Assembly: GCA_964270895.1 (NCBI GenBank) | Contig: OZ185436.1 | Reading direction: 5' to 3' (one strand) | From: Podarcis filfolensis | Taxonomy: Eukaryota | DNA length: 64,000 nucleotides | In this document: positions 1 through 10,295 of the stretch, piece by piece | Layout: the number at the start of each line of letters is the position of its first letter | Numbering within the stretch: the first letter of the stretch is position 1 | The notes under the pieces: generated by a model | Told to the model about the DNA's origin: nothing | What the model saw: the letters and a program-made list of their open reading frames with translations, nothing else | Database searches by the model: none | Made by a program: the position numbers and the translations under genes

Positions 1-1667
1 GGAAATGCCACCTTAGTGGCTAGAGGCAAAGATGCTAGGATCAGATGACGCCAGCTGCTGCGCCTTTAATAGACCTGAGATTCTTTGAAGCAAATTTCCT
101 CAGTTTAAAATGTCAACACACATTCTTTTTTCCTGGTGTAGTGGTTGCCAATGCTGCAGGTTCATTGGAAGGTTACGGAAATCAAAGCCTGCTTTCTGCT
201 TTACCTCGACACACACTTTGTCAGCGTCAGCCCAGTGTCAAGACTTACAACTACTGTAGCCAGAAGAGACCTTTAGTTGACCAACCGAGGGTTAGAGCAT
301 AGTCATCAAGACATTCTTTTTTTGTGCTTAGTTTGCCCATTATTTTTGCTTGAGTTCTGTTATGGCCCTGATCAATATGGCTGTAGTTGCCTTGTAAACA
401 GGGTGTTGTATTTTTGCCCCATCTGATTAACACATACATTTTCAACCATTTTCTATTGCAAATGTGAACCATATTTTAGCTGTCCCGTTACAAGGCTGGT
501 GGATACAGCTGATTCTCAAGTGGTGAACAAAGCTGTACTAAACACTTCAAAAATCTATAGCCAGATTTTTTTTTATTAAAGAAAAACAAACCAAAACCAA
601 ACAGCAGCCTCTTTAGGCAACACAGATGCAAAAATCTGATGGATGGTTGACTTGTTCAACAGCAAACAGAGTGGACAATTGAGAGAGATGCTTTGATTGA
701 GGAGCAAGAAATATACCAGGCAAAAAGAACAGAAAGATGGGAGACCTCCCCCCTTAATTTAAGGATGCTGGAGGATTTCACTCATCAGTCTGCAGTTTCA
801 TTATGTTGGAGTCAGAAGTGTAGAAATGGGTCTCTTACGAAAAGTAGGTACTAAAAGAACACACATTTTTTTGCATCTAATGAACCAACCTGTGCACAAT
901 CCAGCACTTTCAGCTGCAGTCATTGTGACAGTGCTGTGTGTTGGTTTGGTTTAAAGTGGACTGTGTGATAAACACATTTTACCACTAAAAGGAAGTAAGT
1001 GCCCTTAACTGCAAAGACAACTGCAGCAGCATGCAGTTTAAGCCAATAAAGGAGCATGGTTCAGGGCATTCTCTACAACCTCTTCCCCCAACTCAACCAT
1101 TCGAGTATTTTTCCCTGCCATGTATTACAGCATCTTTAAAGGTTTTCTTTTAATAGCCAAAGAACCCACCTCTTTGCACCCACCATTTTGTGATATGAAA
1201 ATGTAGCTTCAGTGGCACATCATGCCTTGTTACCTTTTGGATAGTTTCCTTCACATGTTTCCGAAACCCACAAATGTGTTGGTGGGACCACCTTATATAC
1301 CAGAATGTGCCAATGAGATTTTCAGGGCATCTCATTGTCCCGAGGCAATATGCCATCTGTTCATAATGCAAGAAGCAATTCCTTTCAACATTAAAGTATT
1401 GCCTCTGTGTGTCCACTCCTCTTCCTCAAAGAGCTTGTGTTATCTAATTTTTATCTCCTAGAAAGAGAGCAGAATGCCACAAAATGCATTCCTCTACATC
1501 AGTCATTGCTGGAGCTTTGTGTGTCTTAACCTGATCTTTCCTTCTGTCCCTTCCTGGATGGAAGCTACCCTCTCCTAAGGGTGCTTTGAAAGAGACAGAG
1601 ATAAACATCATTGGGTTTTAGTACACAAGACTGCATAAATAAATAAATAAATGTAGCTTGCCCCTTA

Positions 1668-1919
<252 letters not shown>

Positions 1920-3587
1920 TTAAGTCTAGCACTCTGAACTGGATTACACGGCATGGGAAGGTTGGCAATTGGGTGCACCACACACCGGGATCAAGAGCAT
2001 ATCCACCTGACACAAGCTTCCAAAAATCTAGTCACATAACTTGTAATACCCTCCTGCAAGTCTAATATACCCTATCAGCCCCTGCCTGATGTGTGACAAC
2101 CTCTCTGTTTTTCCAATTGAAGACAGGCAGCTGTAATAGGTGGTCAGTGGAAATGAGGTGGGCTGCGTACGACAGGCTTGTCAGGGGTGGGGTGTTGCAC
2201 AGGCCTGTTCTAAAAAGAATCTGCTTTTCCATTAGCTCTAAGTGTCTGATACCAAACACCTTAAGCATCAGTTCCGATGATGTTTCAGCAGCTTTATCTG
2301 GGTGCACAAGTGTTCATTTGAGTGCTCCATTCACATGAGCGCTGTAACACCAGAGACTCACAGATAGCTTCTCCTGTGCAATTAAAGAGACCATGCTCCT
2401 TCCATGTTATAGCACTCAAGGAACCACACCACTCCAATAAGCAGCTATTTCACAGCATCTGCAATAACTCCAGGTTAGCTGCCATTGCCTTCCATCCTCC
2501 CTAGTACCAGACTGTGAGTAAAGTTATGGGGGAATGCGCTTTATGCCAACACCAGAGCCATAAGGCTTTTAACCAATTTCCAGCGACGATCCAGAGGAAA
2601 AGGAAGCAACAGCTAGCTAAGACTAGGCGGAAGAACTTGGTATCACTAAAAACATAATCACGACAACGCTACAGAAAGAGAAGCAAGAAATCCAAACACA
2701 CACACACCACCTGCATTACTGACAAATAACAAACAATGCTTTTGTGGCCTGCTTTCCCTATGCACAGCTGCCAAAGTGATGCCAGCTAGTCTGCCTCATC
2801 AAGACTGCCATTGGCATTCAATACTCATCTGCAGTCCCCATTTCTAGAAATGCCTCGTGCAGAGCCAGGAATCAGTTTCACAGCTAGTTTAATGATATCT
2901 CTGGCAGGAAGAGCTGAAACAACATGCACAGTCCTTTCCACTTACAGAACTGCAGTATATGAGCTCATCCACATTTCAGTTTGAGTTGCCACATTCTCAA
3001 GGAAAAGCCACTCTTTACTGCTGATTCGGAGCAGGTTTTTCGTGGACTTACGTTTCCTTCCATTCAGTTGCAAAGTGCAGGTTCTCCCGAGGAAGTGGTG
3101 GGGCAAGCAGAAAACCACTCAGACCCATGCTTTCTGGGCATGGGACAAGCAAAGTGCGGACAAGCACTTGGTTAGACTAACATAACCTTGAACTGCCAAC
3201 TTCATGATGAGGTACTTCAGTGGATGTATGTGTCCACTTGAAATGTTTAGCCATAAAATGTGTTCAAGTGCCTGAACACACAACCAACATGCTCCACACT
3301 GTACTTCCTGACAAATCAGAAGCACATCAGCAGAGCATCAAACAGATGTCACGGCATCAGGATGCAACAGGAATTATAAGGAACACAGCCAAAGCATGAA
3401 AACTCTGAGATGTGGCCGATTACATCCAGCAGGTCTGTGCCAGTCTTTGTTTTCCTTCTAGATTTAAGATAAGCTAGAAACACTGTGCAAGAAGCAAATA
3501 TCTGAGTCAACTAAGGGCAACCAGACAAGACATTAAATGTATCTTCATATTTAACATGCTAGTGTGTGCTTATTAATTGCATAAGCT

Positions 3588-3590
<3 letters not shown>

Positions 3591-3634
<44 letters not shown>
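3591..3634. repeat. (TG)22 microsatellite; reads (CA)n in the transcript
   Basis: Directly visible. Confidence 0.97.
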
Positions 3635-3635
<1 letters not shown>

Positions 3636-4089
3636 TAATTTATAGGCTCACAGCAGTTATGGACGGAGAATTTAAACTTTGCACACACATATCCTTGCAG
3701 TCTTGAGGAAATTCCTCTTTTGAAAGGTGGTATTTGCTTTGGGAGAAAAATGTCTCCGAGAACAAATACTGGCTTCTGAGATTTTCCTTAAGACCATAAC
3801 AGGGGAAACAAAGAGAAAAATTCTCTCACCATGCCAGCTGTGAGCCCAGTAATTATCAGCCCACCCAATGCAATTTGCATTTTTTAGCACTTGCAAGTTG
3901 AATGTAAAGGAGCATTTAACATCCTCTCTAGTCTGGCACAGAAGAGTAGAACTCCTAAATCATGAGGCATTGACACAGTAAGTACCAGAAGCAGGAGAAA
4001 GAGGGGTGGGTGGGGGTTTAACATATATGACTAGCAATGAACACAAGGAAATACAAAGGGTGGATTCCCAGTGAATAAGTAATATATTA

Positions 4090-4132
4090 CATGCAACAAC
4101 GCATGCAAACACCACAATGGGCAGCACATGCA
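4090..4132 (-). promoter_or_regulatory. Three TGCATG (RBFOX-type) intronic splicing elements downstream of the 84-nt cassette exon
   Basis: catgca on the + strand at 4090-4095, 4102-4107 and 4127-4132, about 70-110 nt downstream of the donor in transcript orientation. Confidence 0.6.
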
Positions 4133-4201
4133 GAAACGGGAAGTAGACAAATGTCCAAAGCACAAATGGAGGTCAATAAAAGCAATCTCCACAGCATCCA
4201 C

Positions 4202-4285
4202 CTTGACCCCATCCACTGGTGTACAAGTCCCCAAGAGTCCGACGGCGGCCCACGTGCCTGGGAAGAGACCAGTATCTCCATGGGA
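4202..4285 (-). CDS. SH3PXD2B: Probable alternatively spliced 84-nt cassette exon between SH3 #1 and SH3 #2: (V)PWRYWSLPRHVGRRRTLGDLYTSGWGQ(E)
   Basis: Pyrimidine tract plus ctcctcctag acceptor and CAAG|gtggat donor. Phase 1 to 1, stop-free and locally CpG-retaining. The paralog SH3PXD2A, as I recall it, has an 84-nt alternative exon at this position with RRWTLG versus RRRTLG here. Confidence 0.75.
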
Positions 4286-5171
4286 CTAGGAGGAGCATGT
4301 TGGGGAAGCAGGAGAGGGACAAAACAGGGTGTAAGGAGGCAGCTCTTCACTCCTTGGAAGTATCAGCCTTGTTTAATAGAGCAGACAATTCCACAACCAG
4401 ACAATGCACCTTGATCCCTCCACAGCTCATATGAAAGACTTGGATGCTTTGCTTAACAAAGGCGTCATATTAAAAATGAGAAGTATCTGCACCTTCTAAA
4501 AAAGGAACGAAGAAATCACAACAAACTCAAGAAGTTCCTCAAAAAGCGTGGTGCGCTTTTGACACTTTAGACCCGTTTTGTTGATGTCTGTCTCTGCATT
4601 TCTCATTCCATCACAAGAAGCCACCATGGGGAGGACCTAGTAAATGTTACAGGAGCACCTGCTGTTGCAGCATTGTTGAAAATAAGTGCATGTGAACTTG
4701 AGCAGAAAGGGGAAGAAAAACCACTGTGGTGTTCATGTAAACCACTTGGGACTTCCCAGTGTGGACAGCCATAGCAAATATTACTCAGGTGCATTGCAAT
4801 AGGATAACAGCAGCTGTCATTAAAAAAAAATTACCCAACAAAGCACCCATTTAGGGGTCTTAATTCAGAATGTGTGCTCTTCATATCAAAGGCTGGTGTG
4901 GCTTGTGGCTCAAAGATGGAGGAAAAGTTGGATAATGAAGGCTGGGAAAAGCTCAAGCGAGCTCATTAGCACCACCTTCTCTGCCCGTGATATCCAGTTC
5001 AGCCCTCATGGGAGCTTGCTAAAGATGAGAGATACTAGGACTTTTTAAAATGCAAACCAAACTGGAGTTTTTGCTCCCTGGACAACAGCCTGAAAAATTT
5101 AGCTGGACTAGAGCAGTTCACATAATAAACCCAGGAATTATTGGGGAGCTTCTCTCAAGCCATTTTCTTAC

Positions 5172-5276
5172 CTTCTTCAGGTTGCATTGAAAATTCATCC
5201 TGGGCTCCATCCTGAACTTCTAAGCATGTAGCTGGGACCCATCCTTGTTCATCTGATGTGCTCACAAACCACCAGC
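5172..5276 (-). CDS. SH3PXD2B: SH3PXD2B coding exon (exon 8 equivalent, 105 nt), second half of SH3 #1: (G)[34 protein letters not shown](E)
   Basis: Acceptor tttctttccctttag|GC TGG TGG, donor GAA G|gtaaga; SH3 motifs GWW and GWVP. Confidence 0.97.
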
Positions 5277-7346
5277 CTAAAGGGAAAGAAAAATAGCATT
5301 AGCTGAAAAGCCACATTAAGTTCTTGATTTGGAACTGAATCCATTCCATCCATTCCAGCTGTGGAGAAACAGCTGGGTGGGACAAGAGAAGGAGAACACC
5401 TTCTCAGTGGCTGGACCAAGATAATGTATTACCTTATACTGTGAAGTGCAATTGTCTCCCTCCTACATGGCTTTACACCAGTTACTGAATATCTTTTTAT
5501 TCTGTCAACGTTCTATTTCACGAAGCAATGATTTTTTTAAAAAAAGAACTTACTATTTTGGAAATGTTTTGATAAAATTGTACTTCATCTGTTGTAAGGT
5601 CCTGGAATTCTGTGTTTACACTAAAATACATGTTCTAACCCACAAATAAATAAACCAACCTCCAAGGAATTGGCTCGTCTTTTATTTTAGGCTATGGGAG
5701 AAAACGTTCTCAGAGTTATCACATCTCAGCTGCTCCCACACTACAGACACTTAATTTTTAGAAGGTCACACAGTGTTTGAATATTTTTTTATTAAAATGA
5801 TCACATATTTTAAAATCAATGACATAATCATAGCTATACCCTATACTGCTTCCCAATCGCAAACGTTACATCAAATTGTCAGGATGTCCTTAAACGCTAA
5901 ATCACTTGGTCTATATAAAAAGAGCTCAGTTCTTCTGGAAAGTCTCCAATAAGCTTATAAAGTTTTATGTCACCTGCTAGAAAGTAGATCAGCACTGGAA
6001 GAGCCTTCAGAAAGGGGAGAAGGGATATTCTTTAGCCTGTCAGGAGCAGGGGAGATTGGCATTATTTTGCCTCCTCCACACTATTGTCTTCAGGTAGTAG
6101 TTTTTGTCATATGAAAATGGAAGCCATTTGTTTTCAGGGGTGAAGAGACACCAGCTAAACCTGCTGCTGATTCTGGAGTGTAAAACAGTCAACAACCCTC
6201 TCAACTAGATCCTAGATGGCAGCCCATAATGTTCCACAGAACCCAATGGAAGCAGCAGAGAAACAAGCAAGACTGTGTTTGCACAGCTCTGCCTTAAGAC
6301 TTTCTTAGTCACACTAAGCATAACACAATGTTTGGGGAGAATGACAGAACGTTGGGAGCTGACTTTTACACATAGATAATTTTATTTCTTTATCATTCTC
6401 TTTATGTTGTTGAGCTCGGACAATAAACCCAGCTTAATTAATACAGTAATTCAATTTATTGTGCACTTGTCTTTTTATGTGAATTCAGAATTCATTAAAA
6501 AAAAACTATTCTGAACGGTAACACAAGGTATTCAGGGAATAACTATGAAATGATTTGACCTCTATATGACATCGAAGCAAATCAAGATGGTAATTTATAG
6601 AAAGCTATTCAATAAGAGAATAATGTGAAGTTTAAAATTATCCATAAAAATTCAGCACAGTGTGCTTTGAAACAGCAACAACATTGGTGTCACTGCTTCA
6701 CAATGGATGGCTGGTGGATAGAAATTGAGCAGCAAGTAATTTGCTTCATTGTGCTGAAAAAAAAACAAATCGCCTACTGGTATAATCCTGTAGTGGAAGT
6801 TTCTCTGTTGTCAAAATGCAAGTCCAAAGCTATTTTTCAAGGCGACTTCTTATTTTACTTAAATAAGGAAGGCAAAAGTATTGTATATATTATTTCCTTG
6901 GGTGGGGAAAGAGATTAATTTAATTCTAAGTGTAACAATGGGTCATGTTACTAAATAAACTAAGATAATTGTAAGAAGGTGAGCACATTACTTTCCCATC
7001 AAAAAAGCTGGACTGGCAACTAAGAATGGCATGGTCATTTTATTAATGTAATATGGTGACTCTGAAATGGGAGCTTTGTGCCTGTGTAACTTGTTGCCAA
7101 GGACAATACCACCTAAAGCATATAGCTGAGTGATTTGTGTATCAGAGGCTGCAATAGAAGCCCTTAAACCTTGGCATTTATTGCATGCAGATGTTAGTCA
7201 TCACAAGCTGATACTTGCATGACCCTCCTATATAGATAGATGACAGCCTGCTTAAATGTCCCATCCACCTCCACAAAACAGGCACTGGGCTTCAGATCTC
7301 ATTTGAAACCTACAAGGAACAGGAGATCCTGTTTAAAAGCTCTATT

Positions 7347-7910
7347 CATAGAATCATAGAATTGTAGATTTGGGACCCCAAGGGTCATCTAGTCCAAGCC
7401 CTTGCAAGGCAGGAATCTCAGCTAGATTGTATATGACGGGTAAAGGTAAAAGGAAGGATGCGGGTGGCGCTGTGATCTTAACCACTGAGCCTCTTGGGCT
7501 TGCTGATTGGAAGGTCGGCAGTTCAAAAATGCACGACGGGGTGAGCTCCCGTTGCTCTGTCCCAGCTTCTGCCAACTTAGCAGTTTGAAAGCACACCAGT
7601 GCAAGTAGATAAATAGGTACCACTGCAGCGGGAAGGTAAACAGCGTTTCCATGCACTCTGGCTTCCGTCACGGTGTCCTGTTGTGCCAGAAGTGGTTTAG
7701 TCATGCTGGCCATATGACCCGGAAAGCTGTCTGTGGACAAATGCTGGCTCCCTCAGCCTAAAAACGGAGATGAGTGCCATACCCCAAAGTCGAATTCGAC
7801 TGGACTTAACCGCCTAGGGGTCATTTACATTTTTAGCTTTACATGACAGATGGCCATCCAACCTCTGCTTAAAAACCTCCAATGAAGGAGAGTCCTCCAC
7901 CTCCCGAGGA
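7347..7910 (-). mobile_element. CR1-type LINE 3' end fragment interrupted by a Sauria SINE
   Basis: catagaatcatagaattg tail repeat and gggtcatctagtcca core, resuming as atgacagatggccatccaacctctgcttaaaaacctcc after the SINE. The same sequence occurs in + orientation at 30040-30152. Confidence 0.8.
7455..7839 (+). mobile_element. Sauria SINE (Squam1/POM-like), diverged full-length copy
   Basis: tRNA-like head gatgcgggtggcgctg and core gtgcaagtagataaataggtacc, homologous to the copies at 28232 and 50454. Imperfect TSD tatatgac/tacatgac (7430-7437, 7840-7847). Confidence 0.9.
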
Positions 7911-8066
7911 GTGAGTGAACCAGCAACAAATCCACCTAACAATTATCTTGTCCAGTACACATTTCACCAGTTTCTCTGCAAAAATATAAAGGGGGGCTTT
8001 GTCAAAAGCCTTACTGAAATCTCAAGGCATGTATCTAATTTAAAGCTTCCATTGAGCTCTCCTTAC

Positions 8067-8201
8067 CAGATTCGTTCTTCTCAATTATGTCCACCACTTG
8101 GCCAGCACACAAGCTAATCTCAGAGCTTTCTTGCTTCTGGTAATCTGCCACCACCACATACTGCTCCAGGACCATGGGATCCGCAGATGCCAAATCTCCA
8201 C
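8067..8201 (-). CDS. SH3PXD2B: SH3PXD2B coding exon (exon 7 equivalent, 135 nt), first half of SH3 #1: (G)[44 protein letters not shown](G)
   Basis: Acceptor ccctatgacacag|GT GGA, donor TCT G|gtaagg; inside ORF 8035..8277. Confidence 0.97.
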
Positions 8202-8469
8202 CTGTGTCATAGGGAACAAGATAAACACTTGGTCTCCACATGTGCCACAGACTATAATGTACTTTTCTTGTGATCATGGCAACATCTTAAGAGCCCAATG
8301 TGAGCTTTAGGAGGCTAGGTGATGGAGAGATGGAAACAGGTGACAATTGAGATTGGTGCAGATAGGTCCTTCTTGATACTTACTTGATACCATTGTTGTA
8401 TGCTCTGAGCTATAGAAGCAATTACTTTACCAAAGATACCACCACCACCCACCCTATGAATGTCTAGTA

Positions 8470-8710
8470 AACTTAAAATGTGATGGCACCAGGCTTGCCC
8501 TCTGGGGAAAGCATTCCATAAACAGGGAGCCGCCCTGAGTCCTCAGAGGAGAGCCTAGAGATGGGTATCAGATGCCCATGTTGATTCATATGAGGAGAAG
8601 TGGTCCTTGCGATAGGACCACTTTATAGACCAATACTTTATACTTTATAGACCAAAACCAGCACTTTGAATTGGAAACTACTTGGCAGCCAGTGTAGTCA
8701 CATCAGGGCA
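8470..8710 (-). mobile_element. Old L2-like LINE fragment
   Basis: Motifs ggggaaagcattcca and accaaaaccagcactttgaattgg ... ggcagccagtg typical of antisense L2 ORF2 3' remnants; contains a local 14-bp duplication actttatagaccaa (8620-8633, 8642-8655). Boundaries approximate. Confidence 0.55.
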
Positions 8711-10167
8711 TGCAAGGAAAGTGACTGGGTATTGTAGTCAAAATAAGATGTAGGAAGAATTACTTTGAGAGCAGAGTCCTGAGCAAAGTCTTCGGCAAAA
8801 ATTCCACTAACTCAAAACTTTGCAGGATTAGGCTACAGTATACGGTTGTTGGGGCAAAAATCTGATTACGCTAATAAACTTGCAAGACCTCACTCTTAAC
8901 TTGGTTGTTAAAAAATGATGAAATGTTTAAGAAGGAGGGTGTTAATTCAAAAGCCTTTTTCAAATCTATGTTGCAATTAGGATATTTCCAATTAAGCACA
9001 GCTAGCCTATCTAGAGAGCTTAATTTCAGCTGGTGGTGGGGAAATCTACATTGATTGCAAGGGAGAGTAACTCTCCCCTTACATTAGGGTATTGCATGGC
9101 TCTTTGCCAAAGATGACTATCTGGAGTCATTTCCTGTGGTCACTCCATCTGGCCCAGCAAGAACTCAAGCTTTGTACTTCCGGAGGATGTGGTTTTGGGC
9201 TACAAGGACCACAGACCTCAAGAATTCAGCTGCTCTTTGCAGTTTAACACATGGCTCTTCCTTTGTATCCCAGATCATCATCCTGGCTGCTGTTTGTAGG
9301 GCAGATGCAGAGGAGATAAAGGAAAGGAAAAGAAACGAAAAAAGGAAAACCTGTAAGGCCCAGAAAATGTTTTCAGCTTATCCATGCAAAGAAAGAAGCT
9401 ACGGGAAAATAAACTCTTTAAGAAATCTGTGGTTTGCTTAAAAATAAAACAAATAAATTCAGAGCCACTAAGGGGCAGCAGTGTTTACTCACAAAGATAA
9501 ATGCATCTGAAACTGGATGTTAAGAGGGAGCAAAAAGAGAGAGAGAAAAAAAAAGTGCAACAAAGCATGCTCCCTTAGAGGACCATTTCTTATGGCCATC
9601 AAACCCTTCTGTTTCTGTGCAATGTCACATGCACCAAGGCAGAACTTTAATCCCATACACTCTAAGTAACAGCCCAATTTTATGCATGTTTCCTTAGAAG
9701 TATATCCCACTGAGCTCAAGGGGACTTGCTCTCTCATAAAAGTACCCAAGACTGCAGTCTCAGGGGCAATGCTATTCTTGGCTGCAAAGACCACAAGTCA
9801 CTTTTGCTTTTAACATGTTCCAGCACCATTCCTTTCACCTATGAAATATTTCTGTTCAGAAGACACAAAGTAAACTGGTCACACACTATTTTACACCACA
9901 TTTACTATCTGGTTAATATACATGCACTGACATTCTTTTTTAAGTTTGACACCCCCCCCCCATCTTAACAGCAAAGGAAAGGGGGGAAACATTTAATTAG
10001 ATGGTGCTTGAGGGTGGGAGAGTTAGAAATCACCTTTTCTTCTAAACCTTTGATCTCTTTTCATAGTTTGGGTACATTTCCTATATAACTTGTCCACCTC
10101 TTAACAAATAATGTTTTGCTGGTAAAGGGGAGCTGCAAAAGTTTCTTCCCCCCTCTATACTTTAGGC

Positions 10168-10295
10168 CAGTGATGGCCAAAGTTGGCCCTCCAGCTGTTT
10201 TGGGACTACAACTCCCATCATCCCTAGGTAACAGGTCAGGGATGGTGGGAATTGTAGTCCCAAAGCAGCTGGAGGGCCAACTTTGGCCATTACTG
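10168..10295. mobile_element. hAT-type palindromic MITE (128 bp)
   Basis: 30-bp terminal inverted repeats with one mismatch (cagtgatggccaaagttggccctccagctg); perfect 8-bp TSD ctttaggc (10160-10167, 10296-10303). Confidence 0.92.

Noticed and set aside
2574-2594. Minus-strand LDRRWKL resembling LDRRWTL in the SH3PXD2A alternative exon
   Set aside because: There is an in-frame TAG six codons upstream and no usable acceptor in that frame, and the better paralogous candidate is at 4202-4285. Treated as coincidence, although the CpG-rich patch at 2520-2700 may be conserved.
4493-4495. Possible 3-nt microexon (tttttag|AAG|gtgcag) adding one Glu
   Set aside because: The donor GTGCAG mismatches the consensus at +4 to +6, and there is no other support.
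4540-4610. Minus-strand DINKTG / VSKAH words resembling the Tks5 linker
   Set aside because: The words need a frameshift, have no splice signals and end in stops; this is probably pattern over-matching.
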